Assembly: GCA_965222375.1 (NCBI GenBank)
Contig: CBDCTZ010000012.1
Coordinates: forward strand, 192,001 to 256,000
DNA from: Polyangiaceae bacterium
GTDB taxonomy: Bacteria > Myxococcota_A > Polyangia > Polyangiales > Polyangiaceae
Direction: 5' to 3'
Length of the DNA: 64,000 nt
This document shows, piece by piece, positions 1-8,949 of this stretch. Numbering within the stretch: position 1 is the stretch's first letter; every line of letters begins with the position of its first letter. Position numbers and translations under genes: made by a program. The notes under the pieces are model-generated. The model was not told where the DNA came from. It made no database searches and worked only from the letters and a program-made list of their open reading frames with translations.

Positions 1-466
1 CCTGGAGGGACACGATTATGGTCGCGGTGGCATGGGGGTTGTTGGGGTCCCGAGCCACGGCGTGACGCGCGTGCTTCAGGGCTCGCTCGGGATCCCCCTC
101 GAAGCGCGCGCACTCGGACTGGGCGATGGCTAGCGGCCCGTATTCGGGATCCAAACCATCGGCTCGGGCGAAGGCCGAGCCTGCTCCGGTGCGGTTCTTC
201 AGGCGGCAGCGTACGAGTCCGAGGCGTGTCCAGAGCTCCGGGCTGTCAGGGTCGTCATCAACTGCGCGTTGGTAGGCGCGCTCGGCTTCCGAATAGGACT
301 CGGCGAGTTCGAGCAACATGCCGCGGGTGTAGTTCGCGTAGGCGTCCGTGCCGATCACTCGCCCGCGGACTTCCTGACCATCAACGAGCCTCACGACCGA
401 GCCACCAAGATTGCAGCTAGCGGACAAGCAGGCCGCGGCGAGTGCGACGAATGCGCGCGCCATCAT
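1..466 (-). CDS. TPR-repeat lipoprotein (3' end outside window)
   Basis: Not in ORF track. Manual translation from the ATG overlapping the hisC stop (ATGA) gives MMARAFVALAAACLSASCNLGG...AERAYQRAVDDDPDSPELWTRLG..., open to position 1. Lipobox-like LSASC and TPR-like helices. Confidence 0.7.
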   Translation of the reverse strand, partial: MMARAFVALAAACLSASCNLGGSVVRLVDGQEVRGRVIGTDAYANYTRGMLLELAESYSEAERAYQRAVDDDPDSPELWTRLGLVRCRLKNRTGAGSAFARADGLDPEYGPLAIAQSECARFEGDPERALKHARHAVARDPNNPHATATIIVSLQ

Positions 467-1560
467 GGGTTGAGGACCGCGGTCAAGGCCTGGAGGAAAG
501 CGTCGTTGTCTGCGCGGGTGCTCACGGTGACTCGCAGATGCCGCGCCAGCCGGCCGCCTCTAGTGTGAAAGCTCCGCACAAGCACGCCCTGGGACTTCAA
601 CGCTTCGAATAGCTCTCCGGCGTTGCCGGGAGTTTTCAACCACAAGAAGTTGGCATGGCTCTCCGCCGCGCTGCACTCCGGCAGTTCGTTGATCGCCTGC
701 TGCAAGCGGGATCGCTCCGCCCTGATCGAGCGCACACTCGCTTGCACATCGTTCCAATGTTCGGTCAACACCCGCGTGGCCAGAAGCTGAGAGGGCCCTG
801 ACAGGTTGAAGGGCTGGCGCACCTTGTCGAGCTCTCGAATCAAGTCTGGCCGTGCTAGAAGCCAGCCGACTCGCAAGCCCGCAAATCCGACCTTGCTCAG
901 AGTGCGCATGACCACCACGTTGTCGTATTGGCGGTACAAGTCGACGGCGTCGCACTCAGAGAAGTCCACGTAGGCCTCGTCCACAACGACGACGGAGTCC
1001 GGCGCGGCCACAATCAGCTTTTCCAGGCGGTCGTGGCTAGCCAGTGTTCCCGTAGGGTTGTTGGGAGAAGCGACGAAGATGACGTTGGCAGGAGCCATGT
1101 CCACGGCACGCAGCATGGAATCCGTGGCAAGGTCCCAAGCATCGTCCAGGGGTACTTCCAGCACGCGCATGCCCCGCGCTCGCGCGTTGATGCGATACAT
1201 CACGAAGCTCGGGGTGGTCGCCAGTATCGTCGCCGGGCCGTTCTTGGCTTTCGGCTGCCTCAGCGCAGTGAGGAGCATCGCGACGATTTCGTCGCTGCCC
1301 ACGCCGACCAAGATCTCCTCGGGTGTGGCGCCCATGTGTGCGGCAATGGCGGCGCGCAGGTCGCGCGCTTCCGCATCTGGGTAGCGCTCAAAAGTCGCAT
1401 CAGCCAGCATGCTCACAAGGTCGGCGCGCATGCGCTCGGAGTCGACGGGCGGGGACTCGTTTGCGTCCAGCCGCACCGCGTATTGCCCTGGGTGGGGCAC
1501 GTAGCTGGTTAGCTCGGCGAGTTCCGGAGCTAGAAGTTGGGCGAGCGCTTGCCGCATCAC
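463..1560 (-). CDS. hisC: histidinol-phosphate aminotransferase
   Basis: LDANESP, RYPD, GSDE, SPNNPTG, VDEAY, RTLSK(PLP Lys)xGxAGLRVG motifs. Start is GTG 1560 or ATG 1557. Confidence 0.9.
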   Translation of the reverse strand: MMRQALAQLLAPELAELTSYVPHPGQYAVRLDANESPPVDSERMRADLVSMLADATFERYPDAEARDLRAAIAAHMGATPEEILVGVGSDEIVAMLLTALRQPKAKNGPATILATTPSFVMYRINARARGMRVLEVPLDDAWDLATDSMLRAVDMAPANVIFVASPNNPTGTLASHDRLEKLIVAAPDSVVVVDEAYVDFSECDAVDLYRQYDNVVVMRTLSKVGFAGLRVGWLLARPDLIRELDKVRQPFNLSGPSQLLATRVLTEHWNDVQASVRSIRAERSRLQQAINELPECSAAESHANFLWLKTPGNAGELFEALKSQGVLVRSFHTRGGRLARHLRVTVSTRADNDAFLQALTAVLNP

Positions 1561-1578
1561 GTTGGAGGATACCGCCCT

Positions 1579-2880
1579 TCAGCGAGCGCGGATCGAGTCC
1601 AGGGCCAGTTTGGCTGCTTCCAGGCTGATTTGCCCGCCCTGGGTCAGCACCTGGACAACATGCTCCACCTCGCTACCCGTGGCTCCGGCAGCGGCGGCGA
1701 CGGAGCGTGCGTGCAACGACATGTGGCCACGTTGGATCCCCTCCGTAGCCAGCGCCCGCAGTGCCGCAAGATTCGATGCCAAGCCCACGGATGCGGCGAC
1801 TTCGGACAGTTGTGCCGCTTCGTTGATGCCCATGATGTCCAAACTGAGCCGGGCGGCCGGGTGCACTCGCAGGGTCCCGCCGACGGTGCCGAGGGCGAGG
1901 GGCATCTCCAGTTCACCCACGAGATCTTCACCGTCTCGGCGCCAAACGCCGAGGGGAGCGTACTGGCCCGAGCGGGCGGCGTAGGCATGGGCGCCCGCCT
2001 CGACGGCGCGCCAGTCATTGCCGGTCGCCATCACTACCGCATCGACGCCGTTCATGATGCCCTTATTGTGGGTAGCTGCTCGGTACGGATCCAGCTCGGC
2101 GAATCGGGAAGCGTTGACGATCCCGTCGACCACTTCCCGCCCGCCTGCATCTCGGCTCAGAGCGAGATCCGAGGCGTGGGCGCGACAAGTTACCCGCACG
2201 CGGCGGCGGTCACACAGATTGGTGAGGATGCGCAATCCGAGACGCCCGCCTGTGATCTCTCGGGCACGGGGGCCAACGACCTCCGCAACCGAGTTCACCA
2301 GGTTGGCGCCCATGGCATCCTTGCACTCGACGTGCACGTGCAGCACCAGGACTCCCTGGCCTAGGTGGCGCACTTCGATGCCCCGCGGGCCACCGCCGCG
2401 TTCGAGAAGCCCAGGCACTGCACGGGCCGCAAGCTCTAGTAGTTCGTCCGTGGAGTGCTCCAGCCGTCCGACACTTCCTGGTACGTCTTGCACGTCGGTG
2501 AGTTGGATTTGCGTCGTCATCCAGGTCTCGAGCATTTCGGCCGAGAAGCCCCCGGCGGCGCGGACCATTTTCGCCGCGTTCGAGGCTGCCGCGATGACGC
2601 TGGGCTCTTCCACGACCATGGGTACCAAGCGGTCGACTCCGTTCACCCGCACGTTGAGCGCAATCCCAAAGGGCAGTCCGTACAGACCGAGTACGTTCTC
2701 GACGACCTTGTCCGCGGTGGTCGCGTCCAAGCCACCCGATTCCAGCGCTGCGTCAAGTCGCTCCAAGGAGACGCTTGAGCGTTCTGCGATGAGCTTGCGC
2801 CGGTCTGTGACCCCGAGCTTGTAGAAGCTCGGGATGCGAGAGCCCTCTTCGGCGTCAGGGTCGAAATCCTGGGAGTTCAT
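1579..2880 (-). CDS. mvaA: class II hydroxymethylglutaryl-CoA reductase
   Basis: ENVLG, PMVVEEPSVIAAAS, DAMGAN, RAATHNKGIMNG, GNDWRAVEAGAH, EGIQRGHMSLH motifs. Confidence 0.95.
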   Translation of the reverse strand: MNSQDFDPDAEEGSRIPSFYKLGVTDRRKLIAERSSVSLERLDAALESGGLDATTADKVVENVLGLYGLPFGIALNVRVNGVDRLVPMVVEEPSVIAAASNAAKMVRAAGGFSAEMLETWMTTQIQLTDVQDVPGSVGRLEHSTDELLELAARAVPGLLERGGGPRGIEVRHLGQGVLVLHVHVECKDAMGANLVNSVAEVVGPRAREITGGRLGLRILTNLCDRRRVRVTCRAHASDLALSRDAGGREVVDGIVNASRFAELDPYRAATHNKGIMNGVDAVVMATGNDWRAVEAGAHAYAARSGQYAPLGVWRRDGEDLVGELEMPLALGTVGGTLRVHPAARLSLDIMGINEAAQLSEVAASVGLASNLAALRALATEGIQRGHMSLHARSVAAAAGATGSEVEHVVQVLTQGGQISLEAAKLALDSIRAR

Positions 2881-2898
2881 GATTCTTGGGCTGGCAAC

Positions 2899-3798
2899 CT
2901 AGGTCACGGCGTGTACGCCGCGCGCGCCCAGCTTTAGGTTCAAGGGGCGATAGCCGAAGTCGTCCCGCAGCTCAACAAGTGCTTCGGAAGCTGGCGTCTT
3001 TCCGACGTACAATACACTGTCGCCACCGCCGGCACCCGAAGGCAGCGTGGTCGCCCCGTGGCGCCGAGCCAACTCTCGAAGCGCCCGTACCGAGTCCGGT
3101 ATGATGGGCGCTGTGGCCGCCTGCCCCAGGGCGTCCAGCGCATCCACCTGAGCGTCCAGGGCTCCAACCACGCCGTTCGCGTCGGCGGCGTGCACTGCGT
3201 CCCGCGCATCCTTGGCGGCCTTGGTCTGGGCTGCGAGTAGGGACTCGAAGCTGCTGGCACTCGCCTGCTTCAGTGCGAGGACCCGGCCAACCAGCTCGGG
3301 CGTGCTAGCGGACTGTCCGGAAAACCAGACCTCGATCACCAGATCGGGGGGCAGCTTTGCTGGCTCGACCTGCAGAGAGTCCCCACGCAAGCGCGCCGAG
3401 AGGACGCCACCAAAGGCCGCCGCCGCGACGTCGACGCCACTGCCTCCGCCCTGAGCGCGACGGTGCGCTGCTCGGGAGGGTTCGAAAACGGCTTGGCGCA
3501 AAGCGCTATCGTCCAGGGTGGGATCTTTCTCGAGCAGCGTGGCCGCCAAGGACGCAACCAGGATCGCGGCGCTCGATCCGAGGCCCAGTTTCTGGTTGTC
3601 AGCTCTGAGCTCGCTCGCGTCGAAGGCTGGCGCGGGTGCCTGTCCAAGGGCCTCTCGCACTTCGGGCGTGACGAAGTCGGGGCGCTTGCTCGTATCCGCC
3701 ATCACGTATCGGTCTACCGCCGCAACGATCGCCGGGGCGCCAAATAGGACCGCGTAGGCACCAGAAAGGATCAACTTGCCGGGGGCCGCTGCTCTCAT
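2899..3798 (-). CDS. GHMP kinase, probable phosphomevalonate kinase
   Basis: APGKLILSGAYAV, KLGLGSSAA, GSGVDVAAAAFGG, PSGAGGGD motifs; located in the mevalonate operon. Confidence 0.8.
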   Translation of the reverse strand: MRAAAPGKLILSGAYAVLFGAPAIVAAVDRYVMADTSKRPDFVTPEVREALGQAPAPAFDASELRADNQKLGLGSSAAILVASLAATLLEKDPTLDDSALRQAVFEPSRAAHRRAQGGGSGVDVAAAAFGGVLSARLRGDSLQVEPAKLPPDLVIEVWFSGQSASTPELVGRVLALKQASASSFESLLAAQTKAAKDARDAVHAADANGVVGALDAQVDALDALGQAATAPIIPDSVRALRELARRHGATTLPSGAGGGDSVLYVGKTPASEALVELRDDFGYRPLNLKLGARGVHAVT

Positions 3799-4799
3799 GG
3801 GCCAGCTTCGGGCTCGAGGATCCTCCGGGCCGCGGCCGGGTCCAGAATTTCCGCGTCTCGTCCCGGGGAGGCGACGATGAGTCGGGTCACGCCGGGCACT
3901 TGGCTCAGCTCAGAAGAAAGAGCGCCGGCGTCGGCGCTCGAGCACAGCAGCTTCACGTGAGGCCCGGCATCCATAGTGGGGTAGGCGCGAGCGCCGTCGT
4001 CGCGCAGACGCCGCGCTTTCTCTAGGACTGCCAGAGTTGCGGGGCGGAAGTAGACGAGAGGCGGCCGCGCCGCGAACATACACGCATGCATCATCAGCGC
4101 GCTCTGTTCCGCGGCCTGTCCTAGGTCTTCCAGTCGTCGTGTTTCCAGCGCCGTGCGGATTTCGTCGAACAGAGACCGCGAGTGCGAGAGCCAAGTCGAG
4201 TAGTAAGGGCTCGTCTTCGCCGTGTGCTGCATGCCCTGGGTGGAACCGGTCTTCTTGGAGCCCGGATCGGTCACGACAACCAACATCTTCACGTCCATAT
4301 GGTCGGCGGGGGCGACTCGCGCAGCACTCTCGGCACCGGCGTCGAGCATGACCCAGCCGCCGAAGACCGAGCGCGCAGCTGACGCGCTTGCCGCGCGCGC
4401 CAGGGCGCTGGCGTCTTCGGCACTAGCCTCCAGCCCAGCGGCCCGGGTTGCCGCCAAAGCCAAGGCGGCGAATCCCGAGGCACTCGACGCCAAACCGGCC
4501 GCAGTCGGAAAGTTGTTTCGACTCACCACCCGGGCGAACTCTTTGCGATCGGCACGGCGCCGCACCGCCTCGAGCAACGCGCTCACTCGCGCCTGCTCGC
4601 CTTCGCGGGCCGGGCGGCCGTCGAGGCTCACGCCATCGACGTCAAGTTCCGCGTCGAAGCGGACGTGCGTGACCGTGTCCAGCCCGTCGAGGGTGAGGGA
4701 CAGACTAGGCACCGCGGTCAGGTTTCGACTGACGTCGGCCTTGCCCCAGTATTTGGCCAAAGCAATGTTGGCGGAGGCCCGTGCAAAAGCCTCACTCAT
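3795..4799 (-). CDS. mvaD: diphosphomevalonate decarboxylase
   Basis: NIALAKYWGK, NNFPTAAGLASSASG, SAARSVFGG, TMDAGPHV motifs. Start moved to ATG 4799, which overlaps the upstream gene end. Confidence 0.93.
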   Translation of the reverse strand: MSEAFARASANIALAKYWGKADVSRNLTAVPSLSLTLDGLDTVTHVRFDAELDVDGVSLDGRPAREGEQARVSALLEAVRRRADRKEFARVVSRNNFPTAAGLASSASGFAALALAATRAAGLEASAEDASALARAASASAARSVFGGWVMLDAGAESAARVAPADHMDVKMLVVVTDPGSKKTGSTQGMQHTAKTSPYYSTWLSHSRSLFDEIRTALETRRLEDLGQAAEQSALMMHACMFAARPPLVYFRPATLAVLEKARRLRDDGARAYPTMDAGPHVKLLCSSADAGALSSELSQVPGVTRLIVASPGRDAEILDPAAARRILEPEAGP

Positions 4800-5682
4800 T
4801 GCGTGCCCCCACTTCCGCAGCGAAGCACTGGATGTCATTGGCTCGCCAGGCGTCGAGCACATTCGTGGCGTCGCCTTCGACCAGAGCAATCACCGCGCCA
4901 CCTCCGCCCGCACCGGTGAGCTTCGCGCCCAGGGCGCCCGCCTCCCGGGCAATCCCACAGGCATTTTCGATCTCGACGCTGGATACGTGCAGCCCCGCCA
5001 ACAGCATCTGGTTCAGATTCATCAGCTTGCCCAAGCCATCAATGTCCCCCGCCTCGAGGCAAAGCTTAGCGTTTCTCACCAGGGATTCGATGCCGTCCAG
5101 TGCTTTCTGGACCATTTCGGGTCTGCGCTCCTTCAGAGCGCGTACGCCGTCCACCATCAGTTTCGTGCTCGCCGGTGGCCCAGCGATCCCCACGGCCACC
5201 ACGAGGTGTTTGGGCAGTCGGATGACTTCGGGTTCGGTGCCGCGACGGAACCAGATGCAGCTGGCGCTGGCCGCGGCGGCGGTGTCGATGCCCGACGGGT
5301 TGCCGTGGAAGACCTCTTCGAATGCCGATGCGGCTGCGAGCACCCGGCGCTCGTGGTCGCCGTCGTCGCCGATGGCGTCCAATACTGCGCGCGCTGTCGC
5401 GACGGCGATGGCTGCGGAAGCGCCCAAGCCCGAACCCACGGCAACCTCGACCTGAACTCGAGTCGCGCAAGCTGGTGCGCCGAGGCTGGCAAGCAGCCGG
5501 CCATATGCCGTCGCGACGTCGCTGCCGGGTTCGAAGCTGTCCTCCCCGATATGGATCCGAGGGAAGTCACTGCGCTTCGCCGTCGCTTCCGCGCCGCGGC
5601 TGATGCCAGCGGCGATGGCGGGGACACCGTACACGACGGCGTGCTCTCCACACAGAATCACCTTGCCGCTAGCGCGCGCCAT
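4792..5682 (-). CDS. mvk: mevalonate kinase
   Basis: GKVILCGEHAVVYG, GSGLGASAA, HGNPSGID, GAKLTGAGGGG motifs. Confidence 0.93.
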   Translation of the reverse strand: MARASGKVILCGEHAVVYGVPAIAAGISRGAEATAKRSDFPRIHIGEDSFEPGSDVATAYGRLLASLGAPACATRVQVEVAVGSGLGASAAIAVATARAVLDAIGDDGDHERRVLAAASAFEEVFHGNPSGIDTAAAASASCIWFRRGTEPEVIRLPKHLVVAVGIAGPPASTKLMVDGVRALKERRPEMVQKALDGIESLVRNAKLCLEAGDIDGLGKLMNLNQMLLAGLHVSSVEIENACGIAREAGALGAKLTGAGGGGAVIALVEGDATNVLDAWRANDIQCFAAEVGARNE

Positions 5683-5724
5683 GGGTCGGCTTCCCGAAGT
5701 GGGCCATGCTCACGGGCTCCCCAA

Positions 5725-6846
5725 TCAAGACACGCGGGTGGTCATGGCCCGCGCTGCACCCTCGAGCAGAGATCGGGCATCGGGCTTCAACTTGCCTGCG
5801 CGCAATCCGAGCATCGCCTCGCGGACCAAGTCGTCGATTCTCCCTTCCACGGCCTCCCGCGCGCCGGAGCGCTCCAACACAGCGATGGTTCGGGCGAGCT
5901 CCGAGCGCCTGGCTTTGGGGTTGCCCACGACGCTCTTGAGCAGGCGGTGGTCTTTGCCCCGTGCTCGTTTCATTGCGGTCGTGAGCAGGGCCGTTCTCTT
6001 GCCGGCCTTTATGTCGCTTCCGAAGGGCTTGCCGGTCTGGGCCGGGTCCCCGAATACACTGAGCAGGTCGTCCCGCAGTTGGAATGCGATGCCTGCGGGA
6101 ATCGCAAAGCGGTCCAAGGTGGTCAGCAGCGCTGGGTTGCCGCCGGCCAGCAGGGCACCCAGGCGCAGCGGGCCCCGGACCGTGTAGCTTGCGGTCTTGA
6201 GCTCGTAGACCTTCTCGGGATCCGACGCTCGCGCCATGATGTCGAGCTGTTGACCATAGATTGCGGCGTTCTGCATATCCGCGAAACAGGCGAAGGCGCG
6301 GGTCATTCGGGCGGGTTTGGCATCTACGCGCGATAGCGCCTCCTGCGCGTAGCTCGACGCGAGGTCGCCTGCGAGGATCCCGGCGCGGTCTCCCAAACGC
6401 CGCGAATGCAGACGCTCGCCCAACCACGTATGCACGGCAGGGCCACCGCGGCGGACGGTGTCGTCGTCCATCCAGTCGTCGTGGATCAAGAAATAGGCGT
6501 GCAGAAGCTCCAACGAGACCCCGGCGTCCAGGGCGGCTTCGATCGGCGCTGATGCACTGGCGGCACGATAGCCTGCGATGAGCAGAGCGGCGCGGGTGCG
6601 CTTGCCGCCCCGCGAGCACAGCTCGCGAATGGACTGCACGAGCTGCACCACGTCTTTTCCGTGGGGCTTGGTTCGATCGAGCTTGGCGTCCAAGAAGCCC
6701 ATCAAGCGCGCGTCTATGTCGCGGCGAAAGGCGCTCTGCAGCGCCACGAAGGCGTTTTTCTCGATGGCCTTCGCCTTGGGACGCGGCGGCGGTGACGGCG
6801 GCTTCTTGCGTCGCTTTTTCTTGGAAGTCCGCGTCTTCGCTGGCAT
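5725..6846 (-). CDS. polyprenyl diphosphate synthase (short-chain, FPP/GGPP type)
   Basis: GGKRTR, first Asp-rich motif HDDWMDDD..RRG, GQQLD, KTASYT, FQLRDD, GKPxGSD motifs. ATG 6846 lies directly after a consensus promoter. Confidence 0.9.
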   Translation of the reverse strand: MPAKTRTSKKKRRKKPPSPPPRPKAKAIEKNAFVALQSAFRRDIDARLMGFLDAKLDRTKPHGKDVVQLVQSIRELCSRGGKRTRAALLIAGYRAASASAPIEAALDAGVSLELLHAYFLIHDDWMDDDTVRRGGPAVHTWLGERLHSRRLGDRAGILAGDLASSYAQEALSRVDAKPARMTRAFACFADMQNAAIYGQQLDIMARASDPEKVYELKTASYTVRGPLRLGALLAGGNPALLTTLDRFAIPAGIAFQLRDDLLSVFGDPAQTGKPFGSDIKAGKRTALLTTAMKRARGKDHRLLKSVVGNPKARRSELARTIAVLERSGAREAVEGRIDDLVREAMLGLRAGKLKPDARSLLEGAARAMTTRVS

Positions 6847-6856
6847 TTTCGGGACG

Positions 6857-6885
6857 AGCGTAGGGCGCGGTCCCGGGGGTGTCAA
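6857..6885 (-). promoter_or_regulatory. sigma70-type promoter of the polyprenyl synthase-mevalonate operon
   Basis: Minus strand TTGACA (6885-6880), 17 nt spacer, TACGCT (6862-6857), then 10 nt to ATG 6846; no SD. Confidence 0.65.
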
Positions 6886-6903
6886 CCGACTGCCAGCCGC
6901 TCT

Positions 6904-7980
6904 ATGACCACAGCTGAGGGCGCAGGCGTGAGCAACATCGGGCAGAGAAAAGACGACCACCTGGACCTGGCCGCGAAAGGGGACGTCGCGTTCAAGCGAG
7001 TCGGCACATTGCTCGACCAGGTGGGCTTGGTGCACGACGCGTTGCCCGAATTGAACTTCGACGACATCGACACGTCTGTCACGGTTCTCGGAAAGAAGCT
7101 GTCCGCACCCATTCTGATAGCGGGCATGACCGGGGGTACAGCACGGGCCGGTCGCATCAATCGGGAGCTAGCCCAACTCGCTGCACGTCGCGGCTACGCT
7201 TTCGGCTTGGGCAGCCAGCGTGCGATGCAGAAGGATCCGAGCGCGGCGCCGACTTATGCCGTGCGGGACGTCGCGCCGGATCTGTTGCTGCTCGGGAACT
7301 TGGGCATCGTTCAAGCCTCGCAGTGCCCCACGTCGGATGTGCAAGGGTTGGTGGATCAGGTTGGAGCCGACGCGATTTGCCTACACATAAACCCTGCGAT
7401 GGAGTTGGTGCAGTCCGAAGGCGACCGAGATTTCCGTGGATGTCTCGGTGCGTTCCGACGGCTTGCGTCTGAGCTCTCTGTTCCAGTCGTCGCCAAAGAG
7501 ACTGGCTCGGGGCTGAGCGCAGGGGTTGGAGAGCGCCTGCTGTCGCATGGAATTCGGCATGTGGACGTGTCCGGGGCTGGGGGCACCTCTTGGGTCGCCG
7601 TCGAGCGACAGCGCGCGGCAGAAGAGCGCCGGGGTCTCGGCGACACTTTCTGGGAATGGGGGATCCCAACCGCCGCGAGTTTGCTCAGTGTCGCGCCGTG
7701 TGGCTTCGAAACCGTGTTTGCCACGGGAGGACTCAAGAGCGGTCTCGACATCGCTCGCGGCATTGCGCTTGGCGCTTCGGCGGGCGGCATTGCGCGACCG
7801 GTGCTTCAGGCTTTCGAGAGCAGCGGTCCGGAGGGTGCGGACGCACTGCTGCAGCGTGTGGAGACCGAACTCAGGATGGCGATGCTGCTCGTGGGCGCGA
7901 AGGACGTTGCGGCCTTGCGCCAGGTTTCGAAGCTCCTCGGCCCAGAATTGTCGCGGTGGGCACCCAGCGCGTCAGGGTGA
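6904..7980 (+). CDS. fni: type 2 isopentenyl-diphosphate delta-isomerase (FMN)
   Basis: RKDDHL, HDALPE, AGMTGG, GSQR, HINPAMEL, KETGSG, SGAGGTSW motifs. Confidence 0.95.
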   Translation: MTTAEGAGVSNIGQRKDDHLDLAAKGDVAFKRVGTLLDQVGLVHDALPELNFDDIDTSVTVLGKKLSAPILIAGMTGGTARAGRINRELAQLAARRGYAFGLGSQRAMQKDPSAAPTYAVRDVAPDLLLLGNLGIVQASQCPTSDVQGLVDQVGADAICLHINPAMELVQSEGDRDFRGCLGAFRRLASELSVPVVAKETGSGLSAGVGERLLSHGIRHVDVSGAGGTSWVAVERQRAAEERRGLGDTFWEWGIPTAASLLSVAPCGFETVFATGGLKSGLDIARGIALGASAGGIARPVLQAFESSGPEGADALLQRVETELRMAMLLVGAKDVAALRQVSKLLGPELSRWAPSASG

Positions 7981-8472
7981 TGCTAGCAGGGCCTTCAGCC
8001 GAGGCGTCATTTGCGCGACTGCGCCCGGGCCCTTGATACTGCCTTCCATCCGCGCCCGGCTAGAGCAGCGCGTGCCATCCACCCGGGCCAGCAGCGGAAT
8101 CATGCGCGAGAGGCAGCCTGCCTTCCGTAAGCGCGCCTCGTCACGATCGCGATCGAGCTCCAGCAAACGCAGCCCGGCGAATTCGGCATCCAACTCACCG
8201 CGCTTGATGGCTTGCTTGAAATACTGGCAGGGTTCGCACCACGTCGCACCCACATACACCAGCAACCTGCGACCGTCCGCTCGCGCGCGCGCGTGTTCTT
8301 TGCCAATGATGTCTGTCAGGGCCCCCTCAGCCGGCGCGGGTTGTATCTCGACGCCCGCCTTGGCGGGCTCGGCGGATGACGACGCCTTTTCCGCGCGCGT
8401 GGGCGCAGGCGGCTGCTCACACGACAGCACGCTCGCCGTCGCGCACAGCAGGGTGACCCATGTCCGAAGCAT
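7972..8472 (-). CDS. thioredoxin-like lipoprotein
   Basis: Signal/lipobox SVLSC and ATWCEPC. ATG 8472 overlaps the stop of the upstream GNAT gene. Confidence 0.75.
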   Translation of the reverse strand: MLRTWVTLLCATASVLSCEQPPAPTRAEKASSSAEPAKAGVEIQPAPAEGALTDIIGKEHARARADGRRLLVYVGATWCEPCQYFKQAIKRGELDAEFAGLRLLELDRDRDEARLRKAGCLSRMIPLLARVDGTRCSSRARMEGSIKGPGAVAQMTPRLKALLASP

Positions 8473-8897
8473 CAGCTCTTGTTCTTGACGATGCGGCGCA
8501 ACACTTTTCCATCTTCGCTGGGAGCGAAACCTCGCTTCTCCAGCCAACCGCGCAGCTTCTGCGGCTCCGGGTGTGCGGGCGGGATCACGTTGTACAAATG
8601 ATTGAGACCTCGCGTCGCGGCTTCGGTCTCCAGGTGGTCCATGACAAAGGTGCCGACGCCCGACCCGCGCGCGTCTGCCTGGACTGCGAGCAAGACCTCA
8701 GCGTCGCCCCACACAGCGTCCATCCAGCCGTAGCCAATGACCTTGCCGTCTCGCTCGATCCGCCACCAGTCGTTACCGATCAGCTCTCCCTCGGACTTGT
8801 CGGTGAAGGAAAACACCCCTTTCGGCGCGTCACCCAAGACCCTTGCTTTGTCCGCATCCCAGCGGGCCGGGCTCTCATGTTTCCAGCTCAGACTCAT
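8472..8897 (-). CDS. GNAT family N-acetyltransferase
   Basis: AcCoA-binding motif LAVQADARGSGVG and WLEKRGF. Confidence 0.8.
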   Translation of the reverse strand: MSLSWKHESPARWDADKARVLGDAPKGVFSFTDKSEGELIGNDWWRIERDGKVIGYGWMDAVWGDAEVLLAVQADARGSGVGTFVMDHLETEAATRGLNHLYNVIPPAHPEPQKLRGWLEKRGFAPSEDGKVLRRIVKNKS

Positions 8898-8949
8898 GGG
8901 GCGTAGATTAGCGCTTTTTGTCACCACACGTTTGGTCTACCTTCTCGCC

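Noticed and set aside
4222..6336. 704 aa plus-strand ORF
   Set aside because: Antisense shadow of mvaD, mvk and the prenyl synthase; no motifs. Long shadow ORFs are expected at high GC, and the same applies to most other overlapping ORFs in the track.
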